Shown piece by piece: positions 30,998 through 41,227 of a DNA stretch of 64,000 nucleotides. Origin of the DNA: Micromonospora sp. NPDC093277 (GTDB lineage Bacteria > Actinomycetota > Actinomycetes > Mycobacteriales > Micromonosporaceae). The stretch is taken from contig NZ_JBIWJO010000006.1 in assembly GCF_044765245.1 (NCBI RefSeq), positions 382,697 through 446,696 on the forward strand, in the 5' to 3' direction. Both the position numbers and the translations under genes were made by a program. Within the stretch, counting starts at the first letter, position 1. Each line of letters opens with the position of its first letter. Below the pieces are notes generated by a model that was not told where the DNA came from, made no database searches, and saw only the letters and a list, made by a program, of their open reading frames with translations.

Positions 30998-33011
30998 CGG
31001 CGCGCTGCCGCGGGCCGGCCAGGGCGGCCACCGGCGTGTCCGCCACGCCGAGGCGCTGCGCGGCCTTCAAGAGCTCCTGCAGCTTGCCCTGGTCGGTGCC
31101 GCCGGCACGCATCTGTTGCAGGAGGAACGCCGAGAGGGTGAGGTTCTGCACGTCGCCGGTGTTCAGCGAGCTGAGCATCCGGGTCAGGTCGTCGGTGAAG
31201 CTGGCGCTGCCGTCCCGCCACGGCCGCGTGAGGTCCTGTGCCACGTCGGAATGATTGACGAAGCCGTCCACGCTCTTGCCGAACGAGATCGAGTTGAGCA
31301 GCCGGTCGAAGAAGACGCTGTCCCCACCGACGATGTCGATGTTCGCCTGCTCCAGGCCGGTCGAGACCAGCTTCGCCTGTGCCTCGGCGACCTGCCGCTG
31401 GGCGTCCAGCCCGGCGAGGCGTACCTCCTTCTCCAGTTCGAGCCGGAGCCGGTACTCCTCGTGCCCGCGCGTGGCGTCGTCCAGCGCGGCCATCGCGGCG
31501 GCCTTGTCGGTGAGCCCCTCGGCCTCGCCCTTCAGCTTCTCGCGTACCGCGTCGGCGGCGGTCAGCGCCTTCTCGCGCTCGACGGCGGCCTCCGCGCGGC
31601 CGACCTTCTCGATCGCCTCGGCGCTGCGTTCGCGGACCTGCACCTCGGCCAGCCCGGCGGCAGCGGCCTCGGCCTGGTGTCCTTCGGCCAGGCGGATCTT
31701 CGCGCGGGCATCCAGCTCGGCGGCCTGCTGCCGCGCCTCGGCGAGCACCAGCTCCTCGCGGGCCTTGAACTTGGCGGCCGCCTCACCGGCCTCCGCCGCC
31801 TTGATGTCCTTGACCAGGTTCTCCTGGGCCTCGGCCTCGGCCTGGATCACCACCGCCTGGCGGGTGCGCTCGGCCTCCTCGACCACCCGCAGGCGCTTGA
31901 TGTTCTCCTCCTGCTCGGCGACGGTCTTCTCCACCGCGATCCGCTCGCGGATCACCTCGGCCATCGTCCGCTTCTCCGCCTCGACCTCTTTGTCCTTGGA
32001 GATCGTGCTCAGCTCCGTCTCCCGCTGCCGGCTGATCACCTCCAGCATGCGGTCCTTCTCGATCCGCTCGGTCTCGATCGCGATGACCCGCTCCCGGTTC
32101 TTCTCCGCGACCGCGACCTCCCGGGCCCGGTTCTCCTGCTGGACGCCCAACTGCTCGTCGGTACGGATGTTCGCCGTCTCGGCCCGCAGCCGCTCCTCCG
32201 CCCGGACCCGGGTGACCTCCGCCTCCTCGCGGGCCCGCACCGTCTCGATCTCCCGGCGCTGCTTCGCCTCGGCGTCCGCCTGGCGCCGCTCCAGCTCCAG
32301 GATCGCCTCCCGCGCCTCGACGTTCTGGCGGGTTATCTCCTTCTCCTCGCCGCGCCGGAACTCGTTGGTCCGGACGTGCTCGATCGCGGTCAGCTCAGTG
32401 ATCTTGCGAATGCCCTGGGCGTCGAGGATGTTCGCCGCGTCCAACTGGGACATCGGCGTCTGCTCCAGGAAATCGATCGCCGCGTCCTCCAGGCTGTAGC
32501 CGTTGAGGTCGGTGCCGATCACCCGGATGATCTGGTCCCGGAACTCGTCGCGCTTGGTGTACAGGTCGACGAAGTCGAGTTGCTTGCCCACCGTCTTCAG
32601 CGCCTCGGAGAACTTGGCGTTGAACAACTCCTGCAGCGTCTCCCGGTCGCTGGCCCGGGCGGTCCCGATCGCCTGGGCCACCTTGACCACGTCCTCGATG
32701 GTCTTGTTGACCCGCACGAAGAAGGTGATCCGGATGTCGGCCCGGATGTTGTCGCGGCAGATCAGACCCTCGTGGCCGGTCCGTTCGATCTCGATCGTCT
32801 TGACCGAGATATCCATGATCTCGGCCTTGTGCAGGACGGGAAGCACGACCGCGCCGGTGAACGTGACGTCGACCCGGCGGACCTTCGACACGATCAGCGC
32901 CTTGCCCTGATCGACCTTCCGGAACAACCGGCTGATCAGGAAGACCACGCCCAGGGCGACGAGGAGGAGGACGGCGAGCAGCACGCCGATCCCGGTGGCG
33001 ATGACATCCAT
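30990..33011 (-). CDS. flotillin family protein (SPFH/band 7, YqiK/FloT-like)
   Basis: N-terminal TM. SPFH domain (LIVSKVRRVDV...). Long EA-rich coiled coil. 673 aa. Confidence 0.8.
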   Translation of the reverse strand: MDVIATGIGVLLAVLLLVALGVVFLISRLFRKVDQGKALIVSKVRRVDVTFTGAVVLPVLHKAEIMDISVKTIEIERTGHEGLICRDNIRADIRITFFVRVNKTIEDVVKVAQAIGTARASDRETLQELFNAKFSEALKTVGKQLDFVDLYTKRDEFRDQIIRVIGTDLNGYSLEDAAIDFLEQTPMSQLDAANILDAQGIRKITELTAIEHVRTNEFRRGEEKEITRQNVEAREAILELERRQADAEAKQRREIETVRAREEAEVTRVRAEERLRAETANIRTDEQLGVQQENRAREVAVAEKNRERVIAIETERIEKDRMLEVISRQRETELSTISKDKEVEAEKRTMAEVIRERIAVEKTVAEQEENIKRLRVVEEAERTRQAVVIQAEAEAQENLVKDIKAAEAGEAAAKFKAREELVLAEARQQAAELDARAKIRLAEGHQAEAAAAGLAEVQVRERSAEAIEKVGRAEAAVEREKALTAADAVREKLKGEAEGLTDKAAAMAALDDATRGHEEYRLRLELEKEVRLAGLDAQRQVAEAQAKLVSTGLEQANIDIVGGDSVFFDRLLNSISFGKSVDGFVNHSDVAQDLTRPWRDGSASFTDDLTRMLSSLNTGDVQNLTLSAFLLQQMRAGGTDQGKLQELLKAAQRLGVADTPVAALAGPRQRAGE

Positions 33012-33172
33012 GGTTGAGCGCGCGGGGTTGATCCGCCCGGTACGAGCGGACCGATACCGCGCATCCTCCTTTCAACAGGGCGGGGCAGGGTGGGACGAGC
33101 TGGGTGGCCGAGGGGTGTCCGTCCGGTCCGGACCGGAGTGATCCGGATCGGACGGACGGTCACCGGCGGCGG

Positions 33173-33856
33173 TTACCTCGGTGCGTGCCGGGAATGGTCG
33201 GGGTCGAGGGCGAAGTCGCCGGGCGTCACCCAGAAGAACTCGCCCTCGACGTCGTAGTCGTAGATGAGCGCCGGACTGCCGGCGTGCAGCGGCTCGGCAC
33301 CGGTCTGGCGCACCTGCACGGTCGCGGCGGATCCGTCGGCCGCGGCCACCTCCGCCTGGCCGAAGTCGGCGGTCACCCGGCCGGTACGAATGGTGCAGAG
33401 GCTGCCGACGAAGGCGTGCCGGCTGGACTCCGTACCGGCCTGGAAGAGGCGACCCAGGGGCACCGCGGCCAGGCGGGTCACCAGCCAGGCTGCGAGCGCG
33501 GCCACCAGCAACACCCCGACCGACACCGCGATCCGGGCCGCCGCGCCGAAGCCGAGCCCGTCGAGCAGCGCGCTGCCCGCCAGGCTGACGAACCAGGCCA
33601 CCGCGACGAGCAGCGAGAACCCGATGGCGCTGGGCAGGCCGCCGAGCCCGAGACCGGCGAGGATGCCACCGGGCACCCCGTCGACGTCGAGGTCGTCCCC
33701 GAGATCCAGCACGCCGGTCAACACCAGGAGCCAGTAACCGACCACGACCAGCAGCAGGAAGCTGAAGAGCACGGTGGGGAAGCTGAGCGCCGCACCGAGA
33801 AAGCTGACCACCGCGCCCCCTCCGTATCCGGCGGATCGCACGCCCGCCGGCATCAT
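33173..33856 (-). CDS. YqiJ/NfeD-like membrane protein (DUF1449-type) with C-terminal OB-fold
   Basis: Tandem ATG at 33856/33853. Several TM helices. C-terminal region (TIRTGRVTADFGQAEVAAADGSAATVQVRQ) resembles the NfeD beta-barrel. Sits upstream of the flotillin gene as in yqiJK. Confidence 0.6.
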   Translation of the reverse strand: MMPAGVRSAGYGGGAVVSFLGAALSFPTVLFSFLLLVVVGYWLLVLTGVLDLGDDLDVDGVPGGILAGLGLGGLPSAIGFSLLVAVAWFVSLAGSALLDGLGFGAAARIAVSVGVLLVAALAAWLVTRLAAVPLGRLFQAGTESSRHAFVGSLCTIRTGRVTADFGQAEVAAADGSAATVQVRQTGAEPLHAGSPALIYDYDVEGEFFWVTPGDFALDPDHSRHAPR

Positions 33857-33893
33857 GATCGTGACACGAGGTGTCAACGAGGGGGTGCCGCCG

Positions 33894-35303
33894 TTACGAC
33901 GGCGCTGTCTCCTGGCCACGGGCCGCCGAGGCACCGCCGGCCAGCTCCAGGACGAGGTCGGCGGCCCGGCCTGCCCCACCCGCCTGCCGGAGCCGTTCGC
34001 CCCAGTGGCGGCTGCGCCGGGCGAAGGTGTCGTCGGAGAGCAGGCGGCGCAGCTTGGCGGTGATCTCGTCCGCTGCGAAATGCGGCGGCCGGTCGACGGC
34101 GAGCCCGACGCCGGCGTCCACGCCCCGTGCGGCAAGGTCGTAACAGTCCAACCACAACGGCATCGCGAACAGCGGCTTGCCGAAGTAGATGCCCTCGTGG
34201 AAGCCGTTCGCGCCGCCGTGGGTGACGAAGACCCGCACGTGCGGGTGTGCCAGCACCTCGGACTGGGACGGCAGCCAATCCTCCAGCCGGATGTGCGCGG
34301 GTAGCGGGCCGGGCAGCAGCGCCCGCTGCGCCGCCGGCAGCTTCCACAGCACGTGGTGTCGCGGGCCGAGATCCGCCAGCGCGGTGGCGAGCGCGGCCAC
34401 CTGGTCGCGGGAGAGGACCGCGAGGGTGCCCAGGCCGACGTAGACCACCGAGGGGTGCTCGTCGAGCCACCTCGACAGGTCGCTGCCGGTGGTCGCGGCC
34501 GGCGCCTCGCGCTCGACCGCCGTCCCCAGCATGTGCAGATGCTTCGGCGCGGGGAACGGGTACTCGATGCCGAAGACCGAGTATCCGAAGACGGCCGCCG
34601 CCGCGGCGCTGTACCGCTCCAGGTCACCGAACGGGTTGGCGATGCCCAGCGACCGGCGGTACCACGCCGAGCCGAGCAGGTTGGTGCGGGTGAGCAGGGC
34701 GAGGTGGAGCCGGATCCGGAACGCCACGTTCGCCGCCAGCCGCGCCGGGCCCATCCGCCGCGGCAGGCCGGAGGTGGGCGTGGGGTAGCTCCACGGCAGG
34801 CGGCGCAGGTACAGCATGCTGACCGGGAACGGGACGCTGAGCACGAACGGCACCCGCCGGGTCATCGCCGCGTCGAGGGCTGGCAGGTGCAGCGCGTCGA
34901 TCACCATCAGCCCCGGATCGAGCTTGTCGATCAGGTCAAGCAGCCACGGGTACTGCTCGCCGGTGACGGACGGGTGTTGGAGCAGCCGGGTCGCCGCGAC
35001 GAAGCCGTCCGTGGTCCGCGGCCCCCTCGTCATCGCCGCGTAGACGGACTCGTCCGGGGTGTAGTAGGTGGGACCGGAAGAGACGAAGCCGACCGGGCTC
35101 GGCCCGGGAATCCGTTCCACCCGCCCCCTGGCCGCCTCCTCGGACGCGAACCACAGATCCGGTACGCCCCGATGGGACAGCTCCCCGGCGATGGCCAGCA
35201 GCGGGCTCATTTGGCCCGGCTGGGCAGGACTGGCGAAAAGGATGGATTTTTCGGATCCCAACGTGTTCTCCCCGTGACGTCTGGCTTTCACGATCGCAGA
35301 CAT
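33894..35303 (-). CDS. GT1 family glycosyltransferase (MGT/UDP-glycosyltransferase-like)
   Basis: C-terminal donor-binding region (HVRVFVTHGGANGFHEGIYFGKPLFAMPLWLDCYDLA). Confidence 0.7.
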   Translation of the reverse strand: MSAIVKARRHGENTLGSEKSILFASPAQPGQMSPLLAIAGELSHRGVPDLWFASEEAARGRVERIPGPSPVGFVSSGPTYYTPDESVYAAMTRGPRTTDGFVAATRLLQHPSVTGEQYPWLLDLIDKLDPGLMVIDALHLPALDAAMTRRVPFVLSVPFPVSMLYLRRLPWSYPTPTSGLPRRMGPARLAANVAFRIRLHLALLTRTNLLGSAWYRRSLGIANPFGDLERYSAAAAAVFGYSVFGIEYPFPAPKHLHMLGTAVEREAPAATTGSDLSRWLDEHPSVVYVGLGTLAVLSRDQVAALATALADLGPRHHVLWKLPAAQRALLPGPLPAHIRLEDWLPSQSEVLAHPHVRVFVTHGGANGFHEGIYFGKPLFAMPLWLDCYDLAARGVDAGVGLAVDRPPHFAADEITAKLRRLLSDDTFARRSRHWGERLRQAGGAGRAADLVLELAGGASAARGQETAPS

Positions 35304-35447
35304 CAGCTGGAGAGACTCTGGACAGCCTCCATGTGACCGGCGCCACGGTCGGTGGTCCTACCCGGTCGTCGCCGGCCCCAGGCGCCATCCGGACCAACGA
35401 ACGGGCCGCCTGCCCACCATGAACGGTGGGCAGGCGGCCCGGCAGCG

Positions 35448-38400
35448 TCACGCGACCCCGAGGCCCCGCTCGATGGCCGCGATGATCTGCGGGCGCAGTT
35501 CCTCGGGCCGGATGATGGCGTCCACGGAGCCGACCTCGACCGCGCGCTGGATGCTGTGCACACCGTCGAACTCGGCGGCCACCTCACCCAGCTTCTCCGC
35601 CCGGACGGTGGACCGGACGTCCATGAGCTGCGTGACCAGTGCCGCCCGCTCCCCACCGGTCGCCGCGGCGACGCGCGACTCCAGTTCGGCCACCCGCGGA
35701 TCCTTCGCCGTACGCGCGTTGACGTCGCCGGCGAACACGACGGCCGCCGCGGGCGCCCCGCCGATGACGGACGCGAACGAACCGTCCACGGCGAGCACCG
35801 TCATGCTCGGGTTGAGCGCCTTGGAGAACACCACGAATGCGCCGCCGTGGTACCGCGAGATGACGCAGAACACGATCGGTCCCTCGAAGTTCACGATCGC
35901 CCGGCCGATCTCCGCGCCGTACTCCAGCTGCAACTGCCGCATCGACTCCGGCGAGCCGTCGAACCCGGACAGGTTCGCCAGCACGACCAACGGCCGGTTG
36001 CCGCTGGCCGCGTTGATCGCCCGCGCGGTCTTCTTCGACGAGCGCGGGAACAGGGTGCCCGCGGTGTAGGTGTCCGGGCCGTCGGTGGGCGGGAAGCCGC
36101 GTCGCGGCACCGACCGGGACTCGATGCCCAGCAGGCACACCGGGATGCCGCCGAGGTGGACGTCCTGCACGACCGCGGTCTCGGCGTCGGCCATGCCCGC
36201 CCAACGCTCCAGGATCGCGTGGTCCTGGTCGGCCAGGGCCCGCATCAACGTACGGATGTCGAAGGCCTTCTTGCGATCGGGGTTGTGCTCCCGCGAGAAG
36301 ATCTGACCGACGGTGATGAAGTCGCTGTCCGGCACCGAGTGCGGGTAGCCGGAGATGTCACGGTCGACCGGGTCGGACGTGACCGCCCGGCGCGGCCGGG
36401 TCTCGCCGGGCGCGATGTAGGTGTGGTCGTAGTGCGCCATCAGCACGTTACGGGCCGCCCGCAGGTCCGGCGCCCAGTACTGGGCCTGGCCGTTGGGGCC
36501 CATCACCCGGTCGTAGCCGCCGATGCCGAAGTTGTCCTCGGCCGACACCCCACCGGAGAAGTCCAGCGACTGCTTACCGGTCAGCACCATCGCCGAGTCC
36601 GGGGTCATCACCAGGATGCCCTTGGTGTGCATGAGCATCGTGGCCTCGGCGTTCCAGTACGGCTGGGCGCCCACGGTGATCCCGGCGACCACGATGTTGA
36701 TCTCGCCGCCCTGCTGGGTGAACTCCACGATCCGCTTGAGCGCGGCGGCCACCCAGTCCATGTTCTCGGTGCCCGAGCTCATGGAGATCCGCGCGCCCGC
36801 CGACAGGGCGAACCAGTCCAGCGGCACGCGCATCCGCTCGGCCAGGTCGAGCGCGGCGATCACCCGCGCGCACTCCGGCTCGGCCAGCGCGCCCAGCGCC
36901 CTGGTCGGGTCGCCGAGCAGCACCACCCGCGTGACGCCCTCGGGGTACCGCTCCGTCGGCGTGGTCACCACGCCGGCGACGATGCCCGCCTTGTTCTGCC
37001 CCTTCGGCCGTTCGACCGGGGCCAGCTCACCGGAGTCGTCCAGGTCGTACTCGGTGAAGGTGCCACGCTGGCCGGCCAGCATGTCGGTCAGCTCGTACGG
37101 GTACGTCGTGCCGCGCCGCCGCGCCGCGAGCACCTTCTGCCGGTAGTCGTCGAGCGGCTGGATCGGCTCGTCGGTCGGCCCGGTGACCGACAGCTGCATG
37201 CCGGCGTCGTAGGAGACCCGCACCGCGATGTCGGTCAGCTCACCGGTGGCCTCGTCGCGCTGGCGGGCGAGGAAGAGGACCTCCTCCAGGCCGGCGCCGG
37301 CCGTCATCGGCAGCATGCGCTGGGCGACGGTGTTCAGCTCGTCGATGCTCAGGTCGTTCGGCGGCCAGACGTAGATGGTGATCCGGTTGGTGTCGAACCG
37401 CTTCCTCGCCGGCCGCTGCGCCTGAACCTTGCGAATCGCGTCGAGGCACGCGTCCAGCGCGCCCTCGAGGGCGGGCAGCGCGAGGATCCGGCCGTCGGCG
37501 TCGCGCAGCGGCGTCAGGTCGCGGACCTGGGCCATCGCGGTCAGCCGCTCGTCGGCCGGATTGTTCGGGGCGACGCAGTGGAAGAGGTAGACCTCCTCGT
37601 CCACCGACGGCAGCCGGGTCAGGTCGAAGTTGCGCAGCCTCGGCAGTTGCAGTCGCTCGGCAATCAGCGGGTGCAGCCCGCGGATGATCCGGTCCTCGCC
37701 GATGCCGGGCCGGAACGTGAACTGGTGGTGCATCGCCGTTCCGGTCGGCCCGGCCACCGACATCGTCACCCGCTGGAGCACGTCCAGCAGACCCGCACGG
37801 TCGACGATCTCCCGCAGGGCGGCGGCCATCGCGTCCGTGTCGGGCTGACCGGCCCAGGTCAGGTACACGTCGGCGACCGGCTGCTCCGAGTCCCGACGCG
37901 CCGAGCCGTCGGTGGAGTCCGGCTTCACCAGTCCGGCGACCAACTCCAGGGCCGCGGGCAGCTCGCCGAAGTCCGTGGCCGCCGCGATCAGCCGGAACCG
38001 CTCACCGTCGCGGTCGTACTCCGCGGTGAAGAACGAGTGGCCCCCCACCTCGATGGTTCGCGCGTCGCTCGCACCGCGATTGCCGTAGTAGCGGCGGCTG
38101 AGCACCTCCAGCATCGGGCCGTGGTCGGCGTCCGGCTTGCCGATACGCTGACCGAGCAGCCGGACCAGCGGCTCGGGCGAGGCGACCATGTTCGCGATCC
38201 GCTCGGCGCGGTCGGGCGCAGCGGGGTTCTTGTCGAGGTGGCGAAGGTGGCCGCGGACGCCCGCGTACACCTCGGCCCGCTTGCGGCGAAGCATCGGCTG
38301 GGCGACCCACCGGAAGACGATGCTGCGGGCCAGGTCGCCGACGACCGGGAACCGGAGCTGGGTGGCGAAGATCAGGTGCTCCAGCGCCTGCCCGACCAGG

Positions 38401-40934
38401 TCGCGCAGCCCGTCGCCGGGCAGCGGCTCGGTCAGCCACTGCTGTAGGAAGGTGACGATCACCGAGACGTCGGCCGACGCCCGTCGCTGCGCGAGGAAGA
38501 TCCGGAACACGGCCTCTTCCAGCGCGGGCGTGCGCTCGAAGTCGTTGACGCCGTAGTGGGAGAGCACCCGGGCGAGGCGGTTACGGAAAGTGTCCGGCAG
38601 CGCGGCCCGATCAACGTCGAGGCACTGCAGGTACGCGTGGAAGTACTCACGCGGGCTGTGCACCCGGGTGTCGACCCGGGTCTCCTCGCCGACCGGCCGG
38701 TTGCGGCTGAGCTCGGACAGGTCGGCGAACACCTGCAGCAGCTCGACTTCTTCTTCGAGCGGGCGGTGGCTGAGCTCGGCCCGCGCGGCCAGGTAGGTGG
38801 AGAGCGCCCGGCGCTCGTCGCGGGGATCGAGGTCGTAGCCGAGCAGCAGGCTGCGCAGGTCGGCGATGCCGCGCGCGACCCGGGCCTCGGCGGAGAGGCC
38901 GGCCGGCTCGGGCGGCAGTTCCAGGTCGACGGCCTCGGCTTCCGCGGCCTCGCCGGCGTCGTCGTCGCCGACCGGTTCCAGGCGCATCAGCGGCGCACCG
39001 GTCTCCACCTGGCTGCCGACGGTGACCAGGCATTCGCGCAGCTTCGCCTTGAACGGCGCGCGCAGCACGGTCTCCATCTTCATGCTCTCCAGGACGAGCA
39101 CGGGCGCGCCCGCCTCGACCTCGTCGCCGACCTCGAGCGGGGTCGCGACGACCAGCGCGGGCGCCGGGGAGCGCAGCACGCCGCCCTCGTCGCGGCTGAC
39201 CCGGTGGGTGATCCCGTCCACCTCAACCAGGTGGATGGGTCCGTGCGTGTCGGTGACGAGCCGGAAACGCCGGCCGTTGACCAGGATCCGACCGGTGTGC
39301 TCGTCGAACCGCTCGAGTTCGACGTCCACGGTGGACACGTCCCCGATGCCGACACGGAACCGGCGCGGCCCGGTCTGCGCGACGCTCACCCGGTAGCTCG
39401 CGCCACGGAGCTTGAGGTCGATCGGTCGGCCGCTCTCGTGCTGGACCTGCGGGCGGCCGCCGTGCGCGGTGGAGAGCAGCCGCTGCCGCTCGACGAGCGT
39501 CTCGTCCTCGTACGCCTCGATCGCGGCCGCGGCCAGCGCGATGCCGGAGTGCTTGGTGGAGACCAGCCGGCCCTGCGTGCGGACCCGGTCGATCCAGCCG
39601 GTGTCCGCGCTGCCGTCGATCACCTCCGGCTGGTCGAGCAGGTCGAGCAGGAAGCTCTTGTTAGTGGCGCCGCCCTCGATGATCACCGTCGTCTCGGCGA
39701 CCGCGCGCCGCAGCCGGCCGAGCGCCTCGTCCCGGGTGCGACCGTAGGCGATGATCTTGGCGATCATCGAGTCGAAGTCGGCCGGGATCACGTCGCCCTC
39801 GCTGACCCCGGTGTCCACCCGGACGCCGGGGCCGCTGGGCAGCGCCAGCCGGACGATCCGGCCGGGCGACGGCGCGAAGTCGCGGTCGGGGTCCTCGGCG
39901 TTGAGCCGGGCCTCGACGGCGTGCCCGACCTCGCTCGGGATCCGCTCGCCGAGCCGGCCGCCGGCCGCCACGTGGAGCTGGGCCTTGACCAGGTCGAAGT
40001 CGGTGGTGGCCTCGGTGATCGGGTGCTCGACCTGCAGCCGGGTGTTGACCTCGAGGAAGGCGAACAGCTTCTCACCGGGGTGGTAGAGGAACTCGACGGT
40101 GCCCGCGCCACGGTAGTTCACGGCCAGCGCGAGCCGCTCGGCCGCCGTCTTCAGCTCGCGCGCCTGCTCCGGGGCAAGTACGGGCGAGGCGGACTCCTCG
40201 ATGACCTTCTGGTTGCGCCGCTGCACCGAGCAGTCCCGGACACCCAACGCCCACGCGGTGCCCTGCCCGTCGGCGATCACCTGCACCTCGACGTGCCGCG
40301 CGCCGGTGACCAGGCGTTCCAGGAACACCACGCCGCTGCCGAACGCGCGCTGGGCCTCCAGGCTCGTGCGCTCGTACGCCTCGGTGAGCTCCTCGTCGCT
40401 GCGGACCACCCGGATGCCCCGCCCGCCGCCACCCGCGGTCGCCTTGAGCATCAGCGGATAGCCGATCTCGGCCGCGGCACGCTTCGCCGCGTCCAGGCTC
40501 TCCACCGCGCCACGACTCCACGGCGCCACCGGAACGCCGACCTCCTCGGCGATCAACTTCGCGCCGATCTTGTCACCGAGCTCGCGCATCGCCTCGGCGC
40601 TCGGGCCGATGAAGGTGACACCGATCTTCTCGCACAGCTCGGCGAAGGCCGGATCCTCGGCGACGAACCCCCAGCCCACCCATGCCGCGTCCGCACGCGT
40701 CCCGACCAGCGCCCGCTCGAGAACGGCGTGGTCCAGGTACGGACGCGCCGACGCGGGCCCGAGGCAGTAGCTGTCGTCCGCCTCGCGAACGAAGGTGGCG
40801 CTGCGCTCGGCTTCGGTGTAGAGCGCGATTGTCTCGATCGGCGGGGCCCCGGACTCGGCATTGAGCTCGCGAACGGCGTGGATCAGCCGCATGGCGGCCT
40901 CTCCCCGGTTGACGATGGCGATGCGGCTGAACAC
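35448..40934 (-). CDS. multidomain biotin-dependent acyl-CoA carboxylase (BC + BCCP + carboxyltransferase in one polypeptide)
   Basis: GTG at 40934 after GGGAGGG. BC domain (IAIVNRGEAAMR, ATP-grasp). Biotinyl motif (LESMKMETVL). C-terminal carboxyltransferase halves. About 1828 aa. Confidence 0.85.
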   Translation of the reverse strand: MFSRIAIVNRGEAAMRLIHAVRELNAESGAPPIETIALYTEAERSATFVREADDSYCLGPASARPYLDHAVLERALVGTRADAAWVGWGFVAEDPAFAELCEKIGVTFIGPSAEAMRELGDKIGAKLIAEEVGVPVAPWSRGAVESLDAAKRAAAEIGYPLMLKATAGGGGRGIRVVRSDEELTEAYERTSLEAQRAFGSGVVFLERLVTGARHVEVQVIADGQGTAWALGVRDCSVQRRNQKVIEESASPVLAPEQARELKTAAERLALAVNYRGAGTVEFLYHPGEKLFAFLEVNTRLQVEHPITEATTDFDLVKAQLHVAAGGRLGERIPSEVGHAVEARLNAEDPDRDFAPSPGRIVRLALPSGPGVRVDTGVSEGDVIPADFDSMIAKIIAYGRTRDEALGRLRRAVAETTVIIEGGATNKSFLLDLLDQPEVIDGSADTGWIDRVRTQGRLVSTKHSGIALAAAAIEAYEDETLVERQRLLSTAHGGRPQVQHESGRPIDLKLRGASYRVSVAQTGPRRFRVGIGDVSTVDVELERFDEHTGRILVNGRRFRLVTDTHGPIHLVEVDGITHRVSRDEGGVLRSPAPALVVATPLEVGDEVEAGAPVLVLESMKMETVLRAPFKAKLRECLVTVGSQVETGAPLMRLEPVGDDDAGEAAEAEAVDLELPPEPAGLSAEARVARGIADLRSLLLGYDLDPRDERRALSTYLAARAELSHRPLEEEVELLQVFADLSELSRNRPVGEETRVDTRVHSPREYFHAYLQCLDVDRAALPDTFRNRLARVLSHYGVNDFERTPALEEAVFRIFLAQRRASADVSVIVTFLQQWLTEPLPGDGLRDLVGQALEHLIFATQLRFPVVGDLARSIVFRWVAQPMLRRKRAEVYAGVRGHLRHLDKNPAAPDRAERIANMVASPEPLVRLLGQRIGKPDADHGPMLEVLSRRYYGNRGASDARTIEVGGHSFFTAEYDRDGERFRLIAAATDFGELPAALELVAGLVKPDSTDGSARRDSEQPVADVYLTWAGQPDTDAMAAALREIVDRAGLLDVLQRVTMSVAGPTGTAMHHQFTFRPGIGEDRIIRGLHPLIAERLQLPRLRNFDLTRLPSVDEEVYLFHCVAPNNPADERLTAMAQVRDLTPLRDADGRILALPALEGALDACLDAIRKVQAQRPARKRFDTNRITIYVWPPNDLSIDELNTVAQRMLPMTAGAGLEEVLFLARQRDEATGELTDIAVRVSYDAGMQLSVTGPTDEPIQPLDDYRQKVLAARRRGTTYPYELTDMLAGQRGTFTEYDLDDSGELAPVERPKGQNKAGIVAGVVTTPTERYPEGVTRVVLLGDPTRALGALAEPECARVIAALDLAERMRVPLDWFALSAGARISMSSGTENMDWVAAALKRIVEFTQQGGEINIVVAGITVGAQPYWNAEATMLMHTKGILVMTPDSAMVLTGKQSLDFSGGVSAEDNFGIGGYDRVMGPNGQAQYWAPDLRAARNVLMAHYDHTYIAPGETRPRRAVTSDPVDRDISGYPHSVPDSDFITVGQIFSREHNPDRKKAFDIRTLMRALADQDHAILERWAGMADAETAVVQDVHLGGIPVCLLGIESRSVPRRGFPPTDGPDTYTAGTLFPRSSKKTARAINAASGNRPLVVLANLSGFDGSPESMRQLQLEYGAEIGRAIVNFEGPIVFCVISRYHGGAFVVFSKALNPSMTVLAVDGSFASVIGGAPAAAVVFAGDVNARTAKDPRVAELESRVAAATGGERAALVTQLMDVRSTVRAEKLGEVAAEFDGVHSIQRAVEVGSVDAIIRPEELRPQIIAAIERGLGVA

Positions 40935-41227
40935 CGAGTAACCCTCCCAAAGGTTCGATCCAACACAACGAGGACTCCCTCGGGCGGCGGTCCCCGTCAC
41001 AACCTTCGCCGCTACCGGCCGGTATGTAACGGTCGAACCCACCAGCCAGGGAGGGCGAAGTTTTGTGGACACCCGCCAACTCGCCTTGTAGGCCATGCGC
41101 CGTCGAATCTACGGCAGTAACTGTCGGTGCCGAGACGGATACTACGGGCCATGCGGGCGCGCCGGTCGACAGCCGCCGGCCACCCCTGGCCAGCCAGCGA
41201 GTCCGTCCGTCCTCGGGAGGTACACCC

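Noticed and set aside
29135-33017. Plus-strand ORFs 29135..31141 and 31116..33017
   Set aside because: Antisense to the giant ATPase and flotillin genes. No recognisable domains.
40935-41060. GGTTCGATCC T-loop-like motif, possible tRNA
   Set aside because: Flanking sequence cannot form T-stem/acceptor stem. The region is the RBS/5' leader of the carboxylase gene.
35352-41120. Plus-strand ORFs 35352..38447 and 38556..41120
   Set aside because: Antisense to the acyl-CoA carboxylase gene, whose minus frame has BC, biotinyl and CT motifs.
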